NCBI GenBank assembly: GCA_030390025.1
Contig: JASTWF010000034.1
Coordinates: 1,984,001-2,048,000 of the forward strand
From: Squalus acanthias
Taxonomy: Eukaryota
DNA: 64,000 nucleotides
Direction of reading: 5' to 3'
Within the stretch, counting starts at the first letter, position 1. Every line of letters starts with the position of its first letter. This document shows positions 33,918 to 43,325 of the stretch, one piece after another. A program made the position numbers and the translations under genes. Below the pieces are notes generated by a model. It did not search any database and was not told where the DNA came from. It worked only from the letters and a program-made list of their open reading frames with translations.

Positions 33918-36900
33918 GGCTGGAATTGTGCCTACCTGGCAGGTCCGGTGCGGGCGGTGGCAATGGCGGGTCGTCAGCCCGCTGCTGAAAATGACTTTAC
34001 GTTAGTCGGACCTATTGAGCCCACCCAACGCGTTACCCGGTCCAATTAAATGATTCGGGTCTGGACTGTTGATATCGTTGATTAAGCGTTTTCAGCCGGG
34101 ATCTTCAAGACGCCATGGCCGCATTGGACTTGAATGTCAATGGAACATACTGCTGTCAGTGCACTACAGCATTGGAGTGCTGCAAACACTGACAATGACT
34201 GCACAGAGGCAGAGTGCTGCACCCAGGTTGTCTGATGGCTCCCTCCATATGCTGATGAAGGGTGTCAAAGCATTCAGGGTGGTCCTCTTCTCTTCCAATG
34301 GACGGATGTGACCTCCCCAGGACACCAAAACAGCCTGGTTGGAGATTGCAGAGGGGGTCACCAGCTGGGATGTTGTCAGCAAGACCTGCGTGCAGTGCCA
34401 CAAACGTTTCAATGATCTCATTAGATCAGGAAACCTGAGTACAAAGCCACACTCACCATCATCTTGATATGCCTCTCATCACACCCCCATCACTCTGCCT
34501 TCCCAACCCTACCCCTGCACATTCTTACTCACGCCAACATACCTTGCACGTCCACCCGTCCCTCTCTTTCTATTTACATTATCACATCCCCATCTCAATA
34601 GCTACCCCTCACACTCACACTCACCCTTGTGCAATCATACCAACTAACAACACACAAGGAGGCCACTTGTCTTTGGCACCCCACTCCATCATAGTCACCC
34701 TCTAAATATCTACCCCATCCATTCCTTACATTCATTCCATCAGTCTCACTCAAACTTCTCTTTATTCCCTCCTTGCAGGAAAAGAGAGCCCACAATAACA
34801 GGGAGAAGTGGTGAACCGGCGGTGGCACTCCATCATTTGCAAACCTTAAAATAGCAGAGGAGGCTGCTTTAGAAATATCTGGAGTCGCTGAGCAGCTGGA
34901 GGTGGGAGATGGAGCGAGGGGGATATCTCAGCAACCTGGTGACAGAATTACATATCATACAGCAACATGGCATACATCCATCACTCAAATGGGCACTGAT
35001 CTCACTGAATGGTCATCATGTGCATAATGATATCTGTACCCATTCTTCATATGACATATCTAACTCATATCTTCACTCTCCCACAGGTCCATCAAGAGTT
35101 CCCCCCCTCCAATGTCCAGGAGGAAGAGGAAGATGACTCCTCAGAGGAACCTTCAGCCGCTGAGGGTGCACCATCACAAGACATAGATAGATTAGTGTTG
35201 TCAACTGATGTCTCCCAACTCACAAGTGTGCAAGAGGAGATGGTGGAGAGAGGGAGAGCAGTGGAGTCTCCTTGCCGGAGGGCGCAGGACGCTCCCAGCT
35301 CCGCTCAGCTGCATGCAGACGCTGAGCCTCGGGGGCCATCCAGAAAGAGGGCGATCCTGGAGGAGCAGCAAGAAGTGCAGGGGGGCTCTGACAGGTGTTG
35401 CGAGCGCGAAGTCTGCAAATGTTCAGAGAATGGAGGAGCCCGTCTCCAACATGAGCACTACCTTATCACAGGCGATGGTGACTGTAGGCTCCTCCATGGA
35501 TAGGATGGGCAGTTACATGGAGCAGCTAATGCGCCACTCAGAGGATCACATGGTTTTTATGGAGGGTAGATGGCTATTTATGCAGAATAGATGGCAGAGG
35601 CTCATAGATCTCCTCTCTAGGAGGGATGTCAGCATAGACTTGGGTCCTCATGGCCTCTCTGCTGTGCAACAAGGTGCTCTACACCTCCTTGGCAACAGGG
35701 AAGTGAGCAGGCTGCCTCTACCTCTGCTGAAGCCACAGGGCTAGCACCTCGTAGATGCATGCAGAAGAGAAAGATGACACACAAGCTTAAGATCTTTGTG
35801 ATCTCTGAGAGTTCTTGGACAAGACACCAATAGGCAGCAGCCAGTCTGTTTGAGCAATAGATCAAGATTTATTAAGCTTACAGCGTAATAGACTGAACAG
35901 CAGGCGATAGTTTAACGAGTAGCTCGCAGCCCTTGGACTCTGGAACCTCTCGGACACAAGTGACGTCATCTTCAGTCTGTTCGTTTGTTCTTGCAGTAGG
36001 TCTGTGTAAAGTTGTTATTCGAGTTCAGGTTTTAACCCATATCTTATCAAAAGTTCATGCGGGTATTGTCCATATATGGTCTTTCACAAAATCACCTATT
36101 TTAATTGGTTCTAATGATCAAAACACCATTGTCACTCAGACTAAGTTCAGCATCCTGGCCTCACTTTTCCAGTATTTTTCCTACAACTTTTTCCTGTTTA
36201 TCGTTATCTTGTTTATAGTTCTTCACCCCATTGGAATTGACCTTATCTCTCTCATTTCTAGCTTCCCTGGTACAGGCAGTACAAGGCCTCATAAGCTGCG
36301 TAAGCTGCGATACTGTCCGTTATCAGAGCCAGTCTTGATTAGTCCTGGCTGTCTTTGAAGTTACATTTTGAGCAATCCTCAGCAATTTATGCACAAGTCA
36401 TTACAGGTCACACTGAATATAAATATTTGGTTAATGTGAAGTTCACTATTCTACACATACACTTATACTTATACATGTTATTACTAAAAACATCCAAGTA
36501 TCAGTCTTTTGTACACACATATAATTCACAAGGGTAGCCACTTGGGTGTTTTATCGAATGTTTATGTAAAGTTTCGGTTAATGTGCTGTCAAACATCAAA
36601 ATCCATATTTTCAACACTTTCCGGTCTTGGACAGATGTGTGTGCACCTTTGCAAGTGGATTAATGAGTTGCAGTGAATGGTGAGACATAACGGTACCTCC
36701 CACAATGGTGGTGAGTGTGAAAGGAATGGCTTGGTCATTGCAGGGATGCTTTACGGTGTTGCTGTGGGGTGGTGCCATCCTGGAGCATCATGTGGCAGCT
36801 GCAAGGATGTACAGCGTCAAGTGAAGTAAATCTGGCCATGGTGAGACCAGCCCTGGCCTGCCGGGCAGCAATGTGCTCGGGTGCTGATGCGCTCTGTGCT

Positions 36901-37593
36901 CTGCAGCATCAAGTGATTGCGGAGAAGGTTGGTGTTGTTGTTGGTGCTGATGGTGTGCCTGGCGCTGCTGGTGTTGGGGCTCATCGTGATCAGATTCTGA
37001 GGACCAAGGTGAGACAGTATAAATGGCATCCATGCTGATGGAATAGATGGCAGGTGAAGTAGAGATGACAGAAGCAATCTGTCAATTGTGAGAGAGGTTC
37101 TCCCAATGAGGTGACACTGGATGGAGACTTTGCTGGAAAGACTGCAGCCTGCAGAATCTGTGCTGGGAATGCCGTGAGAAACAGCTTCTACAGATGAAAG
37201 TGATCATCAATCAGGTGGGAGTATTTGTACTATGTTTGATGCTGACAAGTAATCAGCTGGAGCCATGGCCACTGAACTCCTGCCTCAGGTTGTCAGCCGT
37301 GATTCCCGAACAGCGAGCATCCCGTGGCCATCCAGTTCAATTTAAAAGGTAAGGTTAAACCCACTGTTAAAGGTCTGACAACTAGCTACTAATAATTTAA
37401 ACAGAAAATGCTGGAAATCAGCATTTCCTGGGGTGGTAGTGGGCGCGATCGGAGGCGGGTCCGGTGGGAAAGTTGTAATTTCTGTGAACGGGTCGGGAAC
37501 CCACTGTCATCCCGCTCCAAGCGCCTGTCCCGCAGGTGCGTCTGTCAGCATGGATCCGCCCTGACCGGCAGAGGCGGGCGACCCAATTTCAAT
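33918..37593 (+). mobile_element. Decayed PIF/Harbinger transposon: spliced Myb/SANT (MADF-like) gene on +, internally deleted transposase-side relic on -
   Basis: AAPRLSDGSL..KTAWLEIAEGV..VQCHKRFNDL exon at about 34200-34435; next exon EKRAHNNREKW*TGGG..EEAALEI from about 34779; acidic third exon. Termini approximate, TIRs not clearly resolved. Confidence 0.72.
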
Positions 37594-37604
37594 TAATAGT
37601 ACGA

Positions 37605-38613
37605 AAGCAAAATACTGCGGATGCTGGAAATCTGAAGTAAAAATAGAAAATGCTGGAAGTACTCAGCAGGTCAGGCAGCATTTGTGGAGAGAGAATCAGA
37701 GTTCATGTTTCAGGTCGATGACCCCTCGTCAGAACTGGAAAAAGTTGGAGATGGAACAGGTTTTTAAGCTGATGTAGAGGAAGGGAAAGGGGGGAGGGGA
37801 GGAAAGAACAAACGTGAAGATCTGTGATTGGATGGAAGGCAGGAGAGATTAAGAGACAAAAGGGATGATGGTGCAAGGCAAAAGGAGATGGTAATGGGAC
37901 AAGTTAAGAAAAAAAGATGACTCTAGATGAAGTGTAAATGGCAATGGCAGAATGATCGACAGCTGCCGTTTGAGAGAGAGAAAACATGAAAGAAATGATA
38001 GGGGCAGAGGTTATGGTCTGAAATTGTTGATCTCGATGTTGGATCCAGAAAACTGTAAAGTGCCTAATCGAAGGATGCGGTGCTGATCCTTGAGCTTATG
38101 TGAGCTTCATTGGAACAGTAGAAGAGGCCGAGGATGGAGAGATCAGAGTGGGAGTGGAGCGGAGATTTAAGGTGACAGGCGACTGGAATCTCGGGGTCAC
38201 ACTTACAGACTGAACGGAGGTGTTTCGCAAAGCGATCACCCAATGTACGTTTGGTCTCCCCAGTGTACAGGAAACTGCATCGTGAGCAGCGAATACAGTA
38301 TACTAAATTGCAAGAAGTACAAGCAAATCGCTGTTTCACCTGGAAGGAGTGTTTGGGGCCCTGGACAGTGGGAAGGGAGGAGATAAAAGGGCATGTGTTG
38401 CATCTCCTGCACTTGCACGGGAAGGTGCCAGGTGAAGGGGAAGGGGTGTTGGGGGTGAAAGAGGAGTGGACCAGGGAGTCGCGGAGGGAGCGGTCTCTTC
38501 AGCATGCGGAAAGGGGAGGTGAGAGGAAGATGTGTTTGGTGGTGGGATCATGCTGGAGGTGGCGGAAATGGCGGAGGATGATCCGCTGAATGTGGAGGCT
38601 GGTGGGGGGAAAG
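37605..38613 (-). mobile_element. Penelope-like element, GIY-YIG C-terminus and 3' terminal repeat
   Basis: ORF 38064..38339: FACTSCNLVYCIRCSRC..YTGETKRTLGDRFAKH; terminal repeat with CTGACGA..GAAAC. Confidence 0.9.
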
Positions 38614-38822
38614 GTTCTTTTTTTTCAATATCCTCTCTGACCCCGAAGTCCGAGCTTAATTCTCTTACGCCCCCAGTTCAATGAATTTTAAGCTCAGCAT
38701 TCGGAACAAGGTGGATGAATTAGCTGCGCAAATAGAGGTAAATTAACATGATTTGATTGGGATTACCGAAACATGGCTCCAGGGTGGCCAAGGCTGGGAA
38801 CTCAACATCCAGAGGTACTCAA

Positions 38823-39037
38823 TGTCATAAATCGCAAGTAACAACTCAGGAAGTACTACTGGGCGGCCAGCTGGGGCGCCGTCCAGGGAGTATAAATACT
38901 CAGGCATGGGCCCACCTTGGGCAGAGACAATCTGGAAACAGGAAGCTAGTGACTGCTAACTAGACCTCCATGTTTTGTTACAAGTTGATTAAAGCCTTGC
39001 TTTATGTTCAAGTGCGTAGTGAGTCTTTATTACGTCA
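38823..39037 (+). repeat. 5' LTR
   Basis: tgtcataa...ttacgtca; TATAAATA at 38891-38898; ATTAAA at 38988-38993. Confidence 0.97.
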
Positions 39038-39137
39038 ATTTAATCAACTTGGTATCGTCTCCACGCTTTGGGTGATTCGGAACAACCAGCTGCAACTCGA
39101 ACCACAGAAGGGAACTAGGGCAAGAAACTGATCCATC

Positions 39138-40145
39138 ATGGAAAAACTCCTTCGACCCGCTCGTCTCGACCTGGACCCGAATGCACCTGCGGCAGCGAAG
39201 GTATGGAAGCATTGGTTTCGTACCTTTAGCAACTTTCTTGAAGAATGTGGGGCGGATGTCCCTAATAAGTTACGAATGCTTATCAACTACGTGTCTCCTC
39301 ATGTGTATGATTATATTGAGGACTGTATAATCTATGACACTGCTATCGAAATCTTACAGCAGCTATATGTCAAGTCCCCAAATGAAATATTTGCTCGACA
39401 CCTACTGGCCACAACTCGACAGCAGCCTGGGGAATCACTCGATGAATTTCTCCAGAAACTTCGCAGGCTCAGCAAGGATTGTAACCTTAAAGCAGTTACA
39501 GCTGAACAGTATCAAGAGGAACTAATCCGCGATTCCTTTATCAATGGAATCGCGTCCCCTTTTATACATCAGCGCCTGCTGGAAAATAAAACCCTCAATT
39601 TACGGGCTGCTTATGACCAGGCGTGTTCCTCGGCCTTGGCCAAGAAAAATGCAGACACTTATCTCCCATCACGTGCACGGGCGGCGGCTATCTCCTTTAA
39701 TGAGTCTTTCGGTAGGTCTCGGGCGGATGCCCCCACTGATGTTGACTCTACTCTAACGGACGACGACCCTACCCTAGAGGCCTTCGCTGATGACGACCCT
39801 GCCCTAGCAGCATCCTGGCAATCAGGAAGAAAGTGTTTCTTTTGTGGAGGGGCGTGCCATCACAGAAAATTTTGCCCGGCTCGTAATGTGACCTGCAATC
39901 GTTGCAGCAAGAAAGGACACTTTTCCAAGGTATGCCAGTCACGGGCCTTTGCTAACAAGAAAGGCCGCTCCTCTAAAGTATACCGGTCGAGAGCTCCTGT
40001 TAGTTCACAGCTGCTATCTATGGAGCTGCTCCTCCCCCAAGAACTACTGTTAAGGCTACAGTTGCCGAAGAGAAAATTGCCCCTCCTCCCATCACGGCTG
40101 TTTTTCCCCAAAGTTTGTCCCATGCAGCCACGAAGGTTTCAGTAA
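39138..40145 (+). CDS. gag: Gag with two zinc knuckles; last about 45 aa probably out of frame
   Basis: RQQPGESLDEF, LIRDSFINGI and CFFCG..H..CPA..CNRCSKKGHFSKVC. Confidence 0.92.
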   Translation: MEKLLRPARLDLDPNAPAAAKVWKHWFRTFSNFLEECGADVPNKLRMLINYVSPHVYDYIEDCIIYDTAIEILQQLYVKSPNEIFARHLLATTRQQPGESLDEFLQKLRRLSKDCNLKAVTAEQYQEELIRDSFINGIASPFIHQRLLENKTLNLRAAYDQACSSALAKKNADTYLPSRARAAAISFNESFGRSRADAPTDVDSTLTDDDPTLEAFADDDPALAASWQSGRKCFFCGGACHHRKFCPARNVTCNRCSKKGHFSKVCQSRAFANKKGRSSKVYRSRAPVSSQLLSMELLLPQELLLRLQLPKRKLPLLPSRLFFPKVCPMQPRRFQ

Positions 40146-40360
40146 ATGGGCACACTCTAAGCGCGCTAATCGACTCCTGCAGCTCTGTAAGCGGGCTGTC
40201 AACAGGTTAAAACTGCACATTTATCCCTCGGACAGGGAGATTGCAATGGCTCTGACGACTCTGACCACCAATTCTTCTGTCTTCTGTCTGGTCAACCTCA
40301 TCCTCAACGGCCGCACGTATCTCTCCACCCGGCTCGGAGTACTCGCAAACTTATGCAGCG

Positions 40361-43063
40361 ATGTGCTTCTGGGACAGGACTTCCAGAAGCAGCACAAGAA
40401 GATCACTTTTGAGTTTGGAGGGTCAAGGCCGGAGCTTACCATTTCTAAGGTGCCGTTTTGTTCACTCTCGGCGGCCTTACTCGGTGAACCCTCCCTGTTT
40501 GCCAATCTTCCCCCCCCCCCCCCGCTGTAAACCCATAGCCACCAAATCGCGGCGCTTTAGCCAAGACGATCGAGCGTTTATTGAGGCGGAAATCTCTCGC
40601 CTTTTAGTCGACGGTATTATCGAGCCATGTTCATCTCCCTGGCGGGCTCAGGTCGTCATCGTGAGGAATCCCTTAAAACAACATAAAAAACGTCTGTGTA
40701 TCGATTATTCGCAGACTATTAATCTATATACCGATCTGGATGCCTACCCGCTGCCACGCATAGATGACATGGTCAACAACCTTGCCAAATACAAGGTATT
40801 CTCGACCTTCGATTTAAAAAGCGCGTACCATCAGGTGCCACTGCAAGACTCCGACAAGAAGTATACGGCCTTTGAGGCCAATGGTCGGCTTTTCCAGTTT
40901 CGCCGCCTTCCATTCGGGGTCACCAATGGGGTGGCCGTCTTCCAACGGGCCATGGATGGCCTAGTCCGGCAAGAGAACTTGACGGATACCTTTCCGTATT
41001 TAGACAATATCACTATTGCCGGCCATGATCAAAAGGAGCATGACGCCAATCTTCAGAGATTTTTTGACGTACTCCGCCGTCGCCACTTAACGTTAAACGA
41101 ATCCAAATCGGTGAAGTCGGTGCCATCGGTGAACATTCTTGGCTACTGGGTGGGCAACGGTGTTATTAAACCGGACCCAGAGCGACTTCGTCCACTTCAG
41201 GAGCTCCCTCCCCCGACGAACCTCGGCTCTCTTCGTCGGGCACTTGGCATGTTTGCTTATTACGCAAAATGGATACCACACTTCTCCGATAAAATACAGC
41301 CCCTGCTCCATGCGAAGTCTTTTCCATTGGAAGCTACGGCTATTTCTGCCTTCAACCTCCTCAAACGACAGCTGGAGAAAGCCACGCTTCGCTCCATTGA
41401 CGAAAATCTTCCTTTTGTGGTCGAATGCGATGCATCGGAGGTCGCGATCTCCGCTACCTTGAATCAAGGTGGCCGACCCGTGGCATTCCTATCCAGAACC
41501 TTGCAGGGTAGCGAGCTCCATTACCCCCCCGTCGAGAAGGAGGCTACGGCCATCATCGAGGCTGTACGCCAATGGGGTCATTTTCTTGCTCTGCGTCATT
41601 TTACGCTTATAACTGACCAGCGCTCTGTGGCCTTCATGTTGGATAACCGGAGGCGCTCGAAAATCAAAAATAATAAAATTCAACTCTGGAGGATGGAGCT
41701 GGCTGCCTTTGGATATACTATCTGTTACCGACCCGGCAAACAGAACGTGGCCCCAGATACCTTCACACGGGCATTTTGCTCCTCAATGTCAACGTCGACT
41801 CTGGCGGATTTGCATATGGACTTATGCCATCCTGGTGTGACCCGCATGTTGCACTTTGTGCGCTCCAAAAATCTACCATTTTCAACCGAGGACGTAAAGA
41901 AAACATGCTCCTCCTGTAGGATTTGTGCAGAATTGAAACCACAATTCTTTCGCCCATCAGATGGCTTACTCATACATGCAATGCAGCCTATGCAGAGGCT
42001 CAGCATAGACTTTAAAGGGCCATTGCCTACGTCGACAAGGAACACCTACCTACTTACGATGATGGACGAGTATTCACGCTTACCCTTCGCCTTCCCCTGC
42101 CCTAATATGCTTACCTCTACGGTAATTAAATGCCTCGATCAGGTCTTTTCCCTTTGCGGGACGGCCAATTTTATCCACACTGATCAGGGTCCCTCCTTTA
42201 TGTCGAGTGAACTTAAAAGTTATCTCTCCCAACGGGGAATCGCCTCAAGTAGGACGACACCATATCACCCAATCGGTAACGGACAGGTTGAACGATACAA
42301 TGCCATCATCTGGAACGCTGTCCGTCTGGCACTAGGGTCATGCAACCTACTGGACCAGCAGTGGGAAACGGTGCTCCCCGACGTGTTACACTCTATCAGG
42401 TCTCTTCTCTCCACGTCTACTAATGTCACGCCTCATGAGCGATTCTTCAAATTCCGGCGTCGCTCTACACATGGGACGTCTCTACCGTCATGGTTGGTGG
42501 CTCCAGGCCCGGTGCTACTCCGGAGGTTCGTCCGGTCTGCCAAAAACGACCCTCTCGTTGACGAGGTGGAGTTAACGGAGGTAAACCCCACGTATGCGCA
42601 CGTATGGTACCCTGATGGCCGGGAGACCACCGTCTCGCTCCGAGATCTGGCTCCCTGCCCAACCGGTCACACGGGCCCGAATGATGAAGGATCCCCCGAC
42701 AATGATATCAACACTCCGCACCCCTATGAAAATGACGCCCCGCTTGGGACATCGGGGGATCTGCCGGCAACGCTACCGGATCAACTCAGGGACCTGGACG
42801 TTCCCCGTAGGATGGCCACCCGAAACCAGGACACCGGACAATCTCCAGCCACGACCCGGGATGAGGCCAGCTCCGCACCTGTGGGGACCCACACCCGGAG
42901 TCATGATATTCCCAGTCCTCCACAGGATGATCAAGATGACGCGGATTCTACTGACTTACCGGTACGGGCCAAGCGACCCAGGGACCAGGACACGGTCCGG
43001 GGAGACGTGCCTTCTGGTCACAAGCAGAGAGCTAAACGTCTACGGCAATACTGGTCCGCCTAG
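40361..43063 (+). CDS. pol: Pol (RT, RNase H, integrase); true homology begins at about 40524; protease (LIDSCSS, about 40135-40500) lies upstream in shifted frames
   Basis: SPW, RLCIDY, DLKSAYHQ, LPFGV, YLDN, CDAS, EKEA, TDQ, HHCC, SIDFKGP, HTDQGPSF and NGQVERYN. Confidence 0.95.
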   Translation: MCFWDRTSRSSTRRSLLSLEGQGRSLPFLRCRFVHSRRPYSVNPPCLPIFPPPPRCKPIATKSRRFSQDDRAFIEAEISRLLVDGIIEPCSSPWRAQVVIVRNPLKQHKKRLCIDYSQTINLYTDLDAYPLPRIDDMVNNLAKYKVFSTFDLKSAYHQVPLQDSDKKYTAFEANGRLFQFRRLPFGVTNGVAVFQRAMDGLVRQENLTDTFPYLDNITIAGHDQKEHDANLQRFFDVLRRRHLTLNESKSVKSVPSVNILGYWVGNGVIKPDPERLRPLQELPPPTNLGSLRRALGMFAYYAKWIPHFSDKIQPLLHAKSFPLEATAISAFNLLKRQLEKATLRSIDENLPFVVECDASEVAISATLNQGGRPVAFLSRTLQGSELHYPPVEKEATAIIEAVRQWGHFLALRHFTLITDQRSVAFMLDNRRRSKIKNNKIQLWRMELAAFGYTICYRPGKQNVAPDTFTRAFCSSMSTSTLADLHMDLCHPGVTRMLHFVRSKNLPFSTEDVKKTCSSCRICAELKPQFFRPSDGLLIHAMQPMQRLSIDFKGPLPTSTRNTYLLTMMDEYSRLPFAFPCPNMLTSTVIKCLDQVFSLCGTANFIHTDQGPSFMSSELKSYLSQRGIASSRTTPYHPIGNGQVERYNAIIWNAVRLALGSCNLLDQQWETVLPDVLHSIRSLLSTSTNVTPHERFFKFRRRSTHGTSLPSWLVAPGPVLLRRFVRSAKNDPLVDEVELTEVNPTYAHVWYPDGRETTVSLRDLAPCPTGHTGPNDEGSPDNDINTPHPYENDAPLGTSGDLPATLPDQLRDLDVPRRMATRNQDTGQSPATTRDEASSAPVGTHTRSHDIPSPPQDDQDDADSTDLPVRAKRPRDQDTVRGDVPSGHKQRAKRLRQYWSA

Positions 43064-43110
43064 TCCGTTAAAGGAAGACTGGACTTCCAAACCTTTTTAG
43101 GGAGGAAGAA

Positions 43111-43325
43111 TGTCATAAATCGCAAGTAACAACTCAGGAAGTACTACTGGGCGGCCAGCTGGGGCGCCGTCCAGGGAGTATAAATACTCAGGCATGGGCC
43201 CACCTTGGGCAGAGACAATCTGGAAACAGGAAGCTAGTGACTGCTAACTTGACCTCCATGTTTTGTTACAAGTTGATTAAAGCCTTGCTTTATGTTCAAG
43301 TGCGTAGTGAGTCTTTATTACGTCA
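43111..43325 (+). repeat. 3' LTR
   Basis: Direct repeat of 38823-39037; only difference seen is ctaactAgacc vs ctaactTgacc. Confidence 0.97.

Larger units (their letters stand above)
21712..38610. repeat. Left arm of large inverted segmental duplication
   Basis: All elements recur in reverse order and orientation at about 47710-64000; 21712 pairs with 64000; ORF 22079..22300 is identical in aa to 63412..63633. Confidence 0.95.
38823..43325 (+). mobile_element. Young full-length Ty3/Gypsy LTR retrotransposon (Mag-like gag)
   Basis: 215-bp LTRs TG..CA with 1 mismatch; 5-bp TSD CTCAA at 38818-38822 and 43326-43330; PPT agggaggaagaa at 43099-43110; domain order gag-PR-RT-RH-IN. Confidence 0.98.

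Noticed and set aside
39050..39066. TGGTATCGTCTCC as a tRNA-Met PBS
   Set aside because: Lies 12 nt from the LTR and matches only the first 5-7 nt of iMet PBS sequences I recall (TGGTAGCAGAG / TGGTATCAGAG); a full tRNA scan is still needed
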